Shown here: piece by piece, positions 30,089 to 40,325 of the stretch | Position numbering within the stretch: position 1 is the stretch's first letter | How the letters are laid out: each line of letters opens with the position of its first letter | Virus record (IMG/VR): IMGVR_UViG_3300028392_000030 | Location: 1-64,000 of that record | Length of the DNA: 64,000 bases | DNA from: a virus | Direction: 5' to 3' (one strand) | The notes under the pieces: model-generated | Databases searched by the model: none | The model's input: the letters and a program-made list of their open reading frames with translations, nothing else | Told to the model about the DNA's origin: nothing | Translations under genes and position numbers: made by a program

Positions 30089-30832
30089 TTGACAGAAAAA
30101 AATGAAACAGCACTGGATGTGATGGATACCAAGGAATACGAAGAAGGTTATCTTGGAGACGCAATTCGTTTTGCAATGAAGCGCGATAAGAAACGTTTTT
30201 GGGCCGGTGACAACATCAGTGACTACCTATTTGAAGGTGATAAGGAAATCTTAATTGATGAAGCCGCAGAAGCATTTGAACTAGTGCTAGACCGATTGTT
30301 AATTGATCGAGAAACGGATCCTAATAGCCAAGGCACAGCACGTAGACTGGCCAAGATGTATTTTAATGAGATAATGGCAGGAAGATATGAACCAGCACCC
30401 GATGCAACAGCTTTTCCAAACGATAGCCCGGATCGTTATGAAGGTATGTTGGTGGTTAGGAGTGAGCTTCGTAGTATGTGTAGCCATCATCATCAGCCTG
30501 TGGCTGGTGTTGCCTACATCGGAATCATTGCAGCCAACAAACTCATTGGACTGTCAAAATATACACGTATTGCCCAGTGGTGCAGTCGTCGTGGAACCCT
30601 ACAAGAAGAACTGTGTAACGACATAGCCCGTGAAATTATGCGAGCTACAGACTCAGAAAACGTCGGTGTTTACATTCAAGCCACACATGGTTGCTGTGAA
30701 AACCGTGGCATTATGGCACATTCAAGTCTAACGCAGACAACTGTATTACAAGGATCATTTAATACAGATCCAGGTACAAAGAAAGAATTCTTTGACAACA
30801 TTAAACTGCAACAGGACTTTGCTCCACGATAA
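30089..30832 (+). CDS. folE: GTP cyclohydrolase I
   Basis: SMCSHHH, GLSK..R, QE, HGCCENRG. Confidence 0.95.
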   Translation: MTEKNETALDVMDTKEYEEGYLGDAIRFAMKRDKKRFWAGDNISDYLFEGDKEILIDEAAEAFELVLDRLLIDRETDPNSQGTARRLAKMYFNEIMAGRYEPAPDATAFPNDSPDRYEGMLVVRSELRSMCSHHHQPVAGVAYIGIIAANKLIGLSKYTRIAQWCSRRGTLQEELCNDIAREIMRATDSENVGVYIQATHGCCENRGIMAHSSLTQTTVLQGSFNTDPGTKKEFFDNIKLQQDFAPR

Positions 30833-30846
30833 CCAAGGAAAATACA

Positions 30847-31071
30847 ATGAAAGATATAAATGATTTGACAGCAGTGGCAATTGAACGAGCCAAACATCTA
30901 CAAGAATTTGCTGTATTTCGTCGAATGGATGAAATTATTTTTTCTGGCAAACCAGCGCCGTATTCTATTCGACACAATATGGGAGAATTGGCCGAAATCT
31001 CAGTGCCAGCTATCACGCAGGCAGAGGCCGAACAGCGTGTTGATGAATGGTTAGAAGGTCAACAAGCATGA
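30847..31071 (+). CDS. Hypothetical protein
   Basis: AAGGA SD; 74 aa. Confidence 0.6.
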   Translation: MKDINDLTAVAIERAKHLQEFAVFRRMDEIIFSGKPAPYSIRHNMGELAEISVPAITQAEAEQRVDEWLEGQQA

Positions 31072-31394
31072 CCTATGTTGTAACCGACGGATGTGTTCTT
31101 TGCAAGCACACCGATTGTGTAGACGTTTGCCCAGTTGATTGTTTTGTAGAAGGCCCAAACTTTTTAGCCATTGATCCAGACGGCTGTATTGACTGTGCAG
31201 TGTGCGTTCCAGAATGCCCCGAAGATGCTATATATGCCGAATCGGATGTGCCAAAGGATCAGCAACAGTTTATTGACCTTAATCGTGAACTGGCTCGAAG
31301 TTGGAAACCCATTACCAAATCCAAAGAATCCATGCCCGATCATGAAAAATGGTCCGGTGTTGCTGATAAACTACAGTATCTAAAGCGCGATTGA
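31068..31394 (+). CDS. fdxA: 7Fe ferredoxin (FdxA-type)
   Basis: CVLCKHTDCVDVCPVDCF...CIDCAVCVPECP. Confidence 0.92.
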   Translation: MTYVVTDGCVLCKHTDCVDVCPVDCFVEGPNFLAIDPDGCIDCAVCVPECPEDAIYAESDVPKDQQQFIDLNRELARSWKPITKSKESMPDHEKWSGVADKLQYLKRD

Positions 31395-31419
31395 CCCAGA
31401 AATAGTCACCTGCTATAAT
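31391..31419 (+). promoter_or_regulatory. Sigma70-type promoter
   Basis: TTGACC-17-TATAAT with extended TG. Confidence 0.75.
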
Positions 31420-31452
31420 AGTTGCATGAACAATTATTCTTAGAGTGACTAT

Positions 31453-34089
31453 ATGAAAAAATCATGTGTAATCAAACCAACTGTTATGGCCTTGGCTGTA
31501 GCGACCGTTTGTTTACTCACAGCCTGTGGCGGTGGTGGTGGTGGCGGTGGTGGCACAACGACTTGGCCCACCAATGGCTCCAATCCGATCCTCAAACGCG
31601 ATGAACCTTATTACAGTTCTGGCACCTTGTCTAGATATGGATTTGCATCCGGCAGCCGCGATACTGTTCCGTTCAGCACACCTACACTGGCCGGCACATT
31701 CAATCCTTACACCGCGGACTCGACCAAAACCGCAGTGAGTCAACAGCATGTGGTAAACAATCTGACCGGTGACGGTGCTGACAGTATGATTGTAACCGGA
31801 CGCATGAGTCAACCGGCTACCAGTGGCGAGTGGGTCAACAGTAGTATACAACTGTTCAATTGGAAAGATGGCAGTTTTGTCAATGAAACAGCCAAATGGT
31901 TTCCCAACGGAACAAACTCAATCCTAGGAGCCGAATCCACAGGTGTGCATTTTGCCGACTTTTTTAAGACCGGCAAGACCGACATGTTGATTGTTCCAGC
32001 CACTGATATGAACTGGTATGGTTCCGCTGGATCTAGTCAGGCTTGGTTGTTTCGAAATACCGGCAGTCAGTTTACTCGTGATACCATCGAATTGGGTGCT
32101 CAGGTTTGGGGGCATGGAAGTACGATTGCTGACCTAACCCGGTCGGGTTGGACCGATGCTATTATCACAGACTATGGTCCCAACACCACATTCTTGATGA
32201 ACAATCGTGTGAACGGATTTACGGTATATCAAGCTCGTGGCAACAATGATCTGTTCTGGGGTGCAAGTAGCATTGCGGCCGCTGACTTCATAAACAATGG
32301 CTCAACACAACTGGTGGCCACTGACAGTAGGGCCTGTGTTGGTGCTACGGCATGGAGTGGATGCGGCAGTAGCACTACCAAAATGTATACCTGGGCTATA
32401 GATCCTGCTACCAACAAACTCAGCATCAATTGGGCCCGAGACTTGCCTGCGCCAATACTGGGCAACAGCAGTCACAATTACTTGATCATAAACTATGATT
32501 TCAATGCCAGTGGCAATCAAAGTTTAATTCTGTTCAGTTCACCCGGCACCAGTGGCGGAGTAAAACAATCAGCCATACAATTTTTACAAAACGACGGCGC
32601 AGGCAATTTCACCGATGTAACAGCGACCATGGTAACCGGTTATAATACCAATACCTATGGTACCTATCGTCCACAATTTGTGGATCTGGGCAACGGCTTT
32701 AAAAGTATGATCCTGAGTGGCACCGACTGGTCTGGTACTGCCAACAGCAGCACACAAATCTTGATCAAACAAAGTACCACAGGTCCTTATGTGGCGGCAT
32801 TCCAAAATATCATCACTGACTTTGCCAGCCAAGCCAACCTGGTTGCCAACACTGCCAACAGCGGCAATCAAGTAGCTGTGGTCAAAGATCGAAGCAACAA
32901 CTTGTATCTGGTCAGCACACTACAATGGCACAACGATGCCACAAGTCCTATGCGGATGTCTACCTATCTCAGTCTCATAGGATCGCAAGTCAGTCCGATC
33001 ACAGCACAAACAGCATTCAATACTGTCAAAGCAACATGGCCATGGATGAGTTCGGCACAGGTCAATCAAGTGTTGGCACAAACATCCAGCACATACCTGA
33101 CCGACGCTGGTTCTGGATTGGTATTGAATCCTGACAAATTACTAAGTCCAGCCGGAGCATTGAGCATTGCCACCCGATCCGGTGCTGTGGCATTGAACAG
33201 TATAACCGGTGGTGTTGCTGGTGTCAACATGTCGGGCTTCAATCAGATGCAGGCATTTGATTCTTTGGGGCGCAATTACAGTTTGAATTTTGCCACCACA
33301 AACTCGGTTGGACCCAACGGTTACACATTCAACACCGAACATATTGATCAATATGATCTTACCAGTCATACTGAATACATGCTGAATAGCAATACACATA
33401 CTGTGTATAATACGCAAGGCATGGCTGTGCGCCTTGGCGCAGAGAACCGTAATCAAACCAACATGATTGGTGCCCCATTACTGCCAAAAGAGTTTGGAGA
33501 ACAATCAGTCGGCATGTATCCCGGACAACCTAGACCCACTAACCAATGGAGCTTTGGTCTACCAGAAATATACCGACGTGGTAACTTTTCTACCGGTCTA
33601 CAGTTTACCAGTCTCAACACCAATCCGTGGTTGAACTTTACTGGATCCTTTGGATCAGTTAACAGTAGTAGCACCTTAGAGCAAGTGATGACATATAAGA
33701 AAGATCGATTCAGTGTTCAAGGCGCCGTGATGATGACCACTACCAATTTTAAATCTGGCATCATAACTGATGTAAGTCCAATCTTTGCTGGATGGGTCGA
33801 AACCGGTTATCGGTATAACGAATTGGGCTTTGGTGATCTTGGTGTGTATGCAGGTGTGAAACCGGTTGTATTGAGTGGCAATGTAACTGCCACTATGCCA
33901 ACTGGTGTTGACAACGCAGGCAATCCAGTGTATACTAACACTAAGATGGGTGTTGTGAGTCAAACCACTCCGTATGTTCGTGCATTATATACCGGTGTTA
34001 TTGATCGACACAATGCCTATAGATTGTCAGGTATGGCCACACAAAACGGTCAGTATCGTGCAATGGCCGAATACAGATATACATTTTAA
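31453..34089 (+). CDS. Lipoprotein with FG-GAP/VCBS-like repeats and C-terminal beta-barrel (autotransporter-like)
   Basis: Lipobox LTAC followed by G9; ADF...G..D repeats; terminal AEYRYTF. Confidence 0.65.
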   Translation: MKKSCVIKPTVMALAVATVCLLTACGGGGGGGGGTTTWPTNGSNPILKRDEPYYSSGTLSRYGFASGSRDTVPFSTPTLAGTFNPYTADSTKTAVSQQHVVNNLTGDGADSMIVTGRMSQPATSGEWVNSSIQLFNWKDGSFVNETAKWFPNGTNSILGAESTGVHFADFFKTGKTDMLIVPATDMNWYGSAGSSQAWLFRNTGSQFTRDTIELGAQVWGHGSTIADLTRSGWTDAIITDYGPNTTFLMNNRVNGFTVYQARGNNDLFWGASSIAAADFINNGSTQLVATDSRACVGATAWSGCGSSTTKMYTWAIDPATNKLSINWARDLPAPILGNSSHNYLIINYDFNASGNQSLILFSSPGTSGGVKQSAIQFLQNDGAGNFTDVTATMVTGYNTNTYGTYRPQFVDLGNGFKSMILSGTDWSGTANSSTQILIKQSTTGPYVAAFQNIITDFASQANLVANTANSGNQVAVVKDRSNNLYLVSTLQWHNDATSPMRMSTYLSLIGSQVSPITAQTAFNTVKATWPWMSSAQVNQVLAQTSSTYLTDAGSGLVLNPDKLLSPAGALSIATRSGAVALNSITGGVAGVNMSGFNQMQAFDSLGRNYSLNFATTNSVGPNGYTFNTEHIDQYDLTSHTEYMLNSNTHTVYNTQGMAVRLGAENRNQTNMIGAPLLPKEFGEQSVGMYPGQPRPTNQWSFGLPEIYRRGNFSTGLQFTSLNTNPWLNFTGSFGSVNSSSTLEQVMTYKKDRFSVQGAVMMTTTNFKSGIITDVSPIFAGWVETGYRYNELGFGDLGVYAGVKPVVLSGNVTATMPTGVDNAGNPVYTNTKMGVVSQTTPYVRALYTGVIDRHNAYRLSGMATQNGQYRAMAEYRYTF

Positions 34090-34107
34090 CTAAAAGGTAA
34101 CGGTAAA

Positions 34108-34266
34108 ATGGTAATAGTTGCAACATGGATAGTGGTTGGTTTCTTTTCAGCTGTTGGCTGGGGAGTTGCACAGAAGACTGTGGTAGAACCATATATCAAT
34201 CCGGCGTTTGATAAGGTTGAGACACAACCTGCAAACACTAACAACACAAATAAAGATAATAAATAG
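34108..34266 (+). CDS. Small membrane protein (52 aa)
   Basis: MVIVATWIVVGFFSAVGWGVAQK..., read by hand. Confidence 0.55.
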   Translation: MVIVATWIVVGFFSAVGWGVAQKTVVEPYINPAFDKVETQPANTNNTNKDNK

Positions 34267-34290
34267 ATTCAACACAATGAAAGACACAAC

Positions 34291-34521
34291 ATGACAGGCC
34301 TCCGCACAGTAAACCTACCACAAGAACGAATTATTCAACTGCGTCTTAAAGATGATTCAGTGATCGAATTCAAGTTTTCGCCCATTGACGCCACCGGCAA
34401 TCGACTTTGGCAAATGTTTGCCACCACCGAGGCCCTTGACACAGTGGAACAATTGATTAAATCAGCTGATGTCACTGACACTAAATCGGCTAGAAAAAAA
34501 GCACCAGATAAGAAAAAGTAA
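34291..34521 (+). CDS. Hypothetical protein
   Basis: 76-aa ORF. Confidence 0.5.
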   Translation: MTGLRTVNLPQERIIQLRLKDDSVIEFKFSPIDATGNRLWQMFATTEALDTVEQLIKSADVTDTKSARKKAPDKKK

Positions 34522-34549
34522 TCTCAGCGGCCTATCGGCATCGTCCCGC

Positions 34550-34578
34550 TTTACAAACTCCGCCGCCTATGCTATACT
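34550..34578 (+). promoter_or_regulatory. Sigma70-type promoter for queD
   Basis: TTTACA-17-TATACT, then AGGAG. Confidence 0.65.
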
Positions 34579-34599
34579 TTAACATAGGAGAAAAACAGC

Positions 34600-35106
34600 A
34601 TGACAACATTAAATCCCGTAGTTTACAAATACACTAGTACCAAAGAGTACCACGACGCATTTCCATGTGCATATAGACAATGGAGGGCAGACAGTCATTG
34701 TAACTTGATACACGGTTATTCGTTTAGTATGAAGTTCTATTTTGGAACTAACGAACTGGATGTGCGTAACTGGGCCGCCGACTATGGTGGACTTAAAGAA
34801 CTAAAGAAAACCCTAGAAGATCAGTTTGACCACACGCTTATTGTGGCACAAGATGATCCCGAGATGGAGACATTTAAGTTACTACAAGAAAAGAATATGG
34901 CCAAGATTGTAGTGCTACCTCGATTAGGGTGTGAAGGACTCAGTGATATGCTTTACAAATACGTCAACGGTGTTTACATTCCAGAGATGTGGGGACCTGG
35001 TGAGGCTGCTCGTTTATGGTGCTATCGTGTAGAAGTGCGCGAAACACAAAGTAACATGGCATTCCGCGAAGGTCATCGTGAATGGGACGAGGATCTGTTT
35101 GCGTGA
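34600..35106 (+). CDS. queD: 6-carboxy-5,6,7,8-tetrahydropterin synthase
   Basis: HCNLIHGY, DYGGLK, FDH, EVRET..N. Confidence 0.85.
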   Translation: MTTLNPVVYKYTSTKEYHDAFPCAYRQWRADSHCNLIHGYSFSMKFYFGTNELDVRNWAADYGGLKELKKTLEDQFDHTLIVAQDDPEMETFKLLQEKNMAKIVVLPRLGCEGLSDMLYKYVNGVYIPEMWGPGEAARLWCYRVEVRETQSNMAFREGHREWDEDLFA

Positions 35107-35831
35107 GCATAAAAAACAGTCGCTTGTTAGCTTCTGGTTGTAGTTATACCTCATACTGCTGGAGCACCTGGGCTGATATTTTAGGACGAGAATTTAATTC
35201 TTATTCTCGAGTTGGCATAGGCGGATGTGACAATGCCACTGTTGCAAGATCTATTGTAAAACATGCACGTCCACAGGATGTAGTTATTGTCCTGTGGACC
35301 AGTTTTGATCGCTGGAGTTTTTATAGCGAGGAGCCATACCTTATGCCCAACAAGGATCCAACAAACCATTGGCGACATCAAGGCAGTGCTGTTTTAAAAA
35401 GCAAAGAGTTTTTTGTTAACTATTATCATCCAGTGGAACGTTTTCAAACCACAATGGATTATATACAGTTGATTGATTTACACAGTAAATCTGTCGGATA
35501 TTCTGCTTATCATTTTGCAGCATTTCCTTTATTTCATGCCGAAACAGATATAAAAAATGATCCAAGGCTGGAGGAAATATATAAAGGATTTCAAATTGAT
35601 AACAATTGTCTATTAGACATTTCACTTGAAACATTTAGACAACAAAATCATAATATACATACCAGTCATAGATACAACAAAAACGACTCGCACCCAACAC
35701 CATTGGCCCACTGGGATTACGTTGAAACTGTTATTGCACCGAGATTAGGCGTAGAATTAGATCCGAGTAACAAGTCCAACATTGTTCAAGAACATGAAAA
35801 TCTTATACAACGTGGAATCACTATTCGATGA
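35103..35831 (+). CDS. SGNH/GDSL-like hydrolase
   Basis: SGCSYT, GGCDN, DSHPT. Confidence 0.6.
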   Translation: MSIKNSRLLASGCSYTSYCWSTWADILGREFNSYSRVGIGGCDNATVARSIVKHARPQDVVIVLWTSFDRWSFYSEEPYLMPNKDPTNHWRHQGSAVLKSKEFFVNYYHPVERFQTTMDYIQLIDLHSKSVGYSAYHFAAFPLFHAETDIKNDPRLEEIYKGFQIDNNCLLDISLETFRQQNHNIHTSHRYNKNDSHPTPLAHWDYVETVIAPRLGVELDPSNKSNIVQEHENLIQRGITIR

Positions 35832-36025
35832 GTGAATTACAAAATCTATTAAACGAAGAAGCCCGGTTCTCTAACGAGGGGTTAGGTAATAGTGAAGAGC
35901 GTATGCAACTTCACACTGTAATTCGATTAAAACGTGGCTCAGAATCACCGTGGTGCTTTGGTCAAGACGACTGTAGCACCAACACATTATCACAGTGTCC
36001 ATGGCGTATAGATTGTGGCACATGA
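35828..36025 (+). CDS. Hypothetical protein
   Basis: ATGA-coupled ORF with C-terminal Cys residues. Confidence 0.45.
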   Translation: MSELQNLLNEEARFSNEGLGNSEERMQLHTVIRLKRGSESPWCFGQDDCSTNTLSQCPWRIDCGT

Positions 36026-36180
36026 AAAGGATCTGGAGACTTTGGGCCAAAGCACTAGGCGAAAAAGCCGGCAACACTGATGCAGAAGCAGATCGTGTTG
36101 CCCGCATCAGAACGGTAATTGTATTGATATACGTCGTCACAAACTTTTTTATAATCGCAGGCGTCGTACGTCATTGGTGA
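36022..36180 (+). CDS. Small membrane protein
   Basis: MKRIWRLWAKALGEKAG... plus one hydrophobic helix. Confidence 0.65.
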   Translation: MKRIWRLWAKALGEKAGNTDAEADRVARIRTVIVLIYVVTNFFIIAGVVRHW

Positions 36181-36213
36181 TGAACAACAAATTATCACTG
36201 AATAAACGGCGCA

Positions 36214-36221
36214 TATAAATA
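36214..36221 (+). promoter_or_regulatory. T4-type late promoter
   Basis: Exact TATAAATA 9 nt before the GT2 ATG. Confidence 0.7.
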
Positions 36222-36229
36222 TTCGCACT

Positions 36230-37051
36230 ATGCCACATGAATACAAAATAGCAATCATATTGCCCACCCGGGGTCGCACTGCGGCATTAACACGCAGTCT
36301 CGTTGGCTTGCTTGAAAAAGCCGCAGATCTGTCTAGCATACAAGTGTTGTTGGGTCTAGACACAGACGACACAGTGGGCTTGGCCCATTTCGAAGAATCA
36401 TTGCAACCGCAACTGGACAAGATGGAGGTCGCATACACTGCTATGACTTTTGAACCACTTGGATACAGTCGTCTTAACGAATACATCAATACCCTAAGTA
36501 AAAATTCAGACGCAGACTGGATATTTTTCTGGAATGACGATGCACTGATGGAAAGTCAAGATTGGGATTTAGAAATTGTCAAACGCACTGGAGATTTCAA
36601 GTTGTTGGCTGTGCATACTCACCAAGACCATCCTTACAGTATATTTCCTATTGTGCCTAGAGCTTGGCTGGATCTTGTTGGACATTTGAGCTTGCACAGT
36701 ATGACTGATGCTTGGTTAAGCCAAATTGCTTATCTAGTAGATATCTGGGAACGTATTGAAGTGAATGTTCTACACGACCGTGCTGACCTCACCGGCAACA
36801 ACTTGGATGCTACCTACAAAGAAAGAGAACTGCTAGAAGGAAATCCCAGTAATCCTAGAGATTTTCACAATCCCAAAATGACTCAATTGCGTATGCAAGA
36901 GTGTGAAATCATTGACACATATTTAAAAAGTCAAGGATCAACTTCAACTTGGTGGGATCGTATCAAAACAGGCAAACAAGATCCCTGGGAAAAGCTAAGA
37001 GAAAACGATATCAACGATCAAATGCGTCAATTTATACTAAAGGCCAACTAA
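36230..37051 (+). CDS. GT-A (family 2-like) glycosyltransferase
   Basis: IAIILPTRGR, LDTDD, WNDD, D.WL. Confidence 0.75.
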   Translation: MPHEYKIAIILPTRGRTAALTRSLVGLLEKAADLSSIQVLLGLDTDDTVGLAHFEESLQPQLDKMEVAYTAMTFEPLGYSRLNEYINTLSKNSDADWIFFWNDDALMESQDWDLEIVKRTGDFKLLAVHTHQDHPYSIFPIVPRAWLDLVGHLSLHSMTDAWLSQIAYLVDIWERIEVNVLHDRADLTGNNLDATYKERELLEGNPSNPRDFHNPKMTQLRMQECEIIDTYLKSQGSTSTWWDRIKTGKQDPWEKLRENDINDQMRQFILKAN

Positions 37052-37059
37052 TCAACATT

Positions 37060-38100
37060 ATGAAAAAAACTATACTGGTAACCGGAGGCGCTGGATTTAT
37101 TGGTCATCATATGATTCGTCGATTGCTCAAACACGACGAATATAACATCATCAGCATGGATCGTTTAGACTTTTCAGGAAATTTAAATCGTTTACATGAA
37201 CTAAGTCAAGAGTTTGGAACCGATGCAATGAGTCGGTTACGAGTAATTTATCATGACCTACGTGCAGAGATTAATCCGCAATTGGCTGCACAAATCGGAC
37301 CGGTAGATCTTATTATCCATATGGCTGCAGGTAGCCATGTTACTCGTTCAATTGAAAATCCCATGTTGTTTGTGCAAGACAATGTGGTTGGTACTTGTAA
37401 CTTGCTGGATTATGCTCGACGTTATTTGCCCGACTTGGAAAAATTTATTAACTTTGGCACCGACGAAGTGTTTGGGTCAGCACCCGACGGTGTAGAATAT
37501 AAGGAGTGGGATCGTTACAACAGTCGCAGTCCATATAGTGCCACTAAAGCTGGCGCAGAAGAGTTATGTGTAGCATACGAAAACACGTTTGGCATGCCCA
37601 TCTACTGCACACATACAATGAATGTGTTTGGCGAACGTCAACTGCCAGAAAAGTTCATCGGCATTGCCATGCGCAAGATTCTAGCAGGTGAGCCAGTTTC
37701 TATCCACTGCGATGAAGAAACCGGCACCCGGAGTGGACTACGTCACTGGGTCCATGCCGCAGATGTTGCCGATGCCACTATGTTTATTATGGCGTTGCCG
37801 CACCAAGGCTTTCCACTAGCCGACGACTTTGGAGGTGCTACCTGTCCCAAGTTCAACATTGTAGGTCAACAAGAAGTCTCAAACTTTGATGTGGCACAAA
37901 AAATTGCTGACATACTCGGCAAGGAATTAAAATACACCATGGTCGGAGTTGATACACAACGTCCTGGGCATGACTTCCGTTATGCTCTCAGTGGTGAATA
38001 TATGAAACAGCTGGGTTGGGAGCCCAAGTATAGTTTTGATACTAGAATTGAGCAAATGGTTACCTGGACCTTAAAGAATGATCGCTGGTTAAAATTATGA
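37060..38100 (+). CDS. rfbB: dTDP-glucose 4,6-dehydratase
   Basis: TGGAGFIG, HMAAGSHV, TDEV, YSATK, HDFRY. Confidence 0.85.
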   Translation: MKKTILVTGGAGFIGHHMIRRLLKHDEYNIISMDRLDFSGNLNRLHELSQEFGTDAMSRLRVIYHDLRAEINPQLAAQIGPVDLIIHMAAGSHVTRSIENPMLFVQDNVVGTCNLLDYARRYLPDLEKFINFGTDEVFGSAPDGVEYKEWDRYNSRSPYSATKAGAEELCVAYENTFGMPIYCTHTMNVFGERQLPEKFIGIAMRKILAGEPVSIHCDEETGTRSGLRHWVHAADVADATMFIMALPHQGFPLADDFGGATCPKFNIVGQQEVSNFDVAQKIADILGKELKYTMVGVDTQRPGHDFRYALSGEYMKQLGWEPKYSFDTRIEQMVTWTLKNDRWLKL

Positions 38101-39329
38101 ATCACGTCGTAGAAAATACACATTGTTTGGCCTGTGGGTCAGCGGATATTCATACTGCATTAGATCTTGGACAACAGCCCCTGGCTAACAGTTACAGAGA
38201 TTCAGCCAATGCAACAGAAGACCGTTATCCATTGGCTGTAAGTCTTTGCCATGATTGTTTTCACCTACAACTAAGCCACACAGTAGATCCTGCGATCATT
38301 TACAAGAATTATCTGTATGCCACTGGCACCAATCAAACCATACAGGACTATTGTAAATGGTTTGCTGATTTTTGTTTAGAGTCGTGCATCGGAGTTAGCA
38401 ATGTATTAGACATTGGATGCAACGACGGAACTCAACTTAATTATTTTAAAACAGCAAGAAGTCAACAGTTACAACCAATCAACACATACGGAATCGATCC
38501 TGCTGAAAATCTTTTTCTCCGTAGCAGTGCTAGCCATTCAGTGATTTGTGATTTCTTTGGGCCAGCCGCTGTTGAAAAATTAAAACAAGTCAACTACGAC
38601 ATTATCATAGCACAAAATGTCTGTGCCCATAATCCAGATCCTTACGAATTTATAACATCATGTGCTGAACTAATGACCGACAATACTGTGTTGTTTATAC
38701 AGACCAGTCAGGCCGACATGGTGTTGAACAATGAGTTTGATACCATCTATCACGAGCACGTTAACTTTTTTAATGTTAACTCAATGAGCCGCCTGGCCGA
38801 ACGTGCTGGTTTACATTTGGTTGACACAATTAAAACTCCTATACACGGCAACAGTTATATTTTTATTTTAAGCAAAGCCTCTGTCAATAAAAATCGTGTA
38901 AAGAATGCTATTGATCTTGAAGCTGCATATGGCTTGTTGAACAAGGATACATATACTCGTTGGGAATCTACTGTCAAGAGCAACATGAACCAGTTGATTG
39001 AGACCATCGGCGAATATCGTCGTGATGGATATACCCTAGTTGGATATGGAGCTGCGGCCAAAGGCAATACACTATTAAACTTTGGTGATATCCGGTTAGA
39101 TTTTATCATTGATGACAATCCACTCAAGCAAGGCAAGTTTACCCCCGGTACCGGTTGTGCCATTGTCGGAGTAGATCGACTTGCCGAACTTGATGCCAAT
39201 TGCCGAATCCTGTTTGTACCATTGGCCTGGAATTTCTTTAAGGAAATTAAATCAAAGATTCAAACTGCTAGAACCAATTCCAATGACCGCTTCCTTAGAT
39301 ATTTTCCAGAAGTGGAAGTTACACAGTGA
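38097..39329 (+). CDS. NDP-hexose C-methyltransferase
   Basis: CLACG Zn finger, DIGCNDG, IYHEH, YGAAAKG, PLKQG. Confidence 0.85.
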   Translation: MNHVVENTHCLACGSADIHTALDLGQQPLANSYRDSANATEDRYPLAVSLCHDCFHLQLSHTVDPAIIYKNYLYATGTNQTIQDYCKWFADFCLESCIGVSNVLDIGCNDGTQLNYFKTARSQQLQPINTYGIDPAENLFLRSSASHSVICDFFGPAAVEKLKQVNYDIIIAQNVCAHNPDPYEFITSCAELMTDNTVLFIQTSQADMVLNNEFDTIYHEHVNFFNVNSMSRLAERAGLHLVDTIKTPIHGNSYIFILSKASVNKNRVKNAIDLEAAYGLLNKDTYTRWESTVKSNMNQLIETIGEYRRDGYTLVGYGAAAKGNTLLNFGDIRLDFIIDDNPLKQGKFTPGTGCAIVGVDRLAELDANCRILFVPLAWNFFKEIKSKIQTARTNSNDRFLRYFPEVEVTQ

Positions 39330-40093
39330 AAAATTATCTAATCAAAGGTCTACATCGCATTGGCAGCACCAAATGGTGGCCTGGACGTGATCGAGCCGAC
39401 GAAGGTGACTTGTATTCATACTATGAAAAAATGGCCGTGCTAAGTGAAGCCAGCTTCTTTCATAACCTACAAGGCGATTGGGAATTGATCCGACTAGAAT
39501 CAACAGCCACAGATGTCAATCATGTGTTTCGTCAACAGTTTCGTGCCATATGGGATATTTGGAGCACAGAACCTTGTAACATTTACTACTGTGGCAGTGA
39601 TGTGCAGGTATTAAAGCCAGTCGAAGTGTTTGGTCGATACCAACACTTTCTAATGTTCAACTACACCGATCCTAAAACCTTAGACGAACTGCCGCATTTT
39701 CTAAACGCCGATATACGTTATTACCCAGCCGAAATGGATCGTGCCATGTTCGAAGCGGCTCTTGGTAAATTAAGCAACTGCACTGAATGGAATGGTGATC
39801 AGAAATTGTATAACCACATGGTCTGGGGACAAGGACTAACTACAGAGCAAGTGATTGATCCCACAATGGCCTATCAAGGGCCTTGGTTGCTTGGTAACGA
39901 AGAAGCTCAACAATTTACCGACACATGGAACGGTTGTACCCTAAACGATGCCAAAATTGTTCACTGGCACGGTAGTAGACATGCTCCTTCAAAGTTACAT
40001 TTAATGAAAGCCATTAATGATCAGTTAGGTATACCCGACGTTCCGGTAAGGCCTAGACCAACAAAAACCTTAGATATCTCTCATTTGCCTTGA
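39326..40093 (+). CDS. Nucleotide-diphospho-sugar transferase-like protein
   Basis: GSDV, NADIRYYP, GDQ, VHWHGS; paralogue at 55491. Confidence 0.55.
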   Translation: MKNYLIKGLHRIGSTKWWPGRDRADEGDLYSYYEKMAVLSEASFFHNLQGDWELIRLESTATDVNHVFRQQFRAIWDIWSTEPCNIYYCGSDVQVLKPVEVFGRYQHFLMFNYTDPKTLDELPHFLNADIRYYPAEMDRAMFEAALGKLSNCTEWNGDQKLYNHMVWGQGLTTEQVIDPTMAYQGPWLLGNEEAQQFTDTWNGCTLNDAKIVHWHGSRHAPSKLHLMKAINDQLGIPDVPVRPRPTKTLDISHLP

Positions 40094-40118
40094 CACTTGT
40101 GATTATAAATGTTAAAAT
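40090..40118 (+). promoter_or_regulatory. Sigma70-type promoter (leaderless start)
   Basis: TTGACA-17-TAAAAT; ATG 7 nt downstream. Confidence 0.7.
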
Positions 40119-40124
40119 AGTAAC

Positions 40125-40325
40125 ATGAAAATACATTATAGAAAACCTGATTTGTTAGAAGAAATGAAAAAAGCCATTGCTGACAGCAAAGAGCCTATTG
40201 ATCATTTTGAACTAACCCCTGAAGAATTTAATCAACACTTTAGTAGTTTTGATAAATCATTCCTAAGAGACAATAGTGTGCAATACATGTTCAGAGGCAT
40301 TCCATTAAAGGTTAACAATGAGTAA
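40125..40325 (+). CDS. Hypothetical protein
   Basis: 66-aa ORF. Confidence 0.6.
   Translation: MKIHYRKPDLLEEMKKAIADSKEPIDHFELTPEEFNQHFSSFDKSFLRDNSVQYMFRGIPLKVNNE

Noticed and set aside
31534-31554. GGT microsatellite as a phase-variation tract
   Set aside because: Triplet repeat encoding the poly-Gly linker after a lipobox; slippage would keep the frame.
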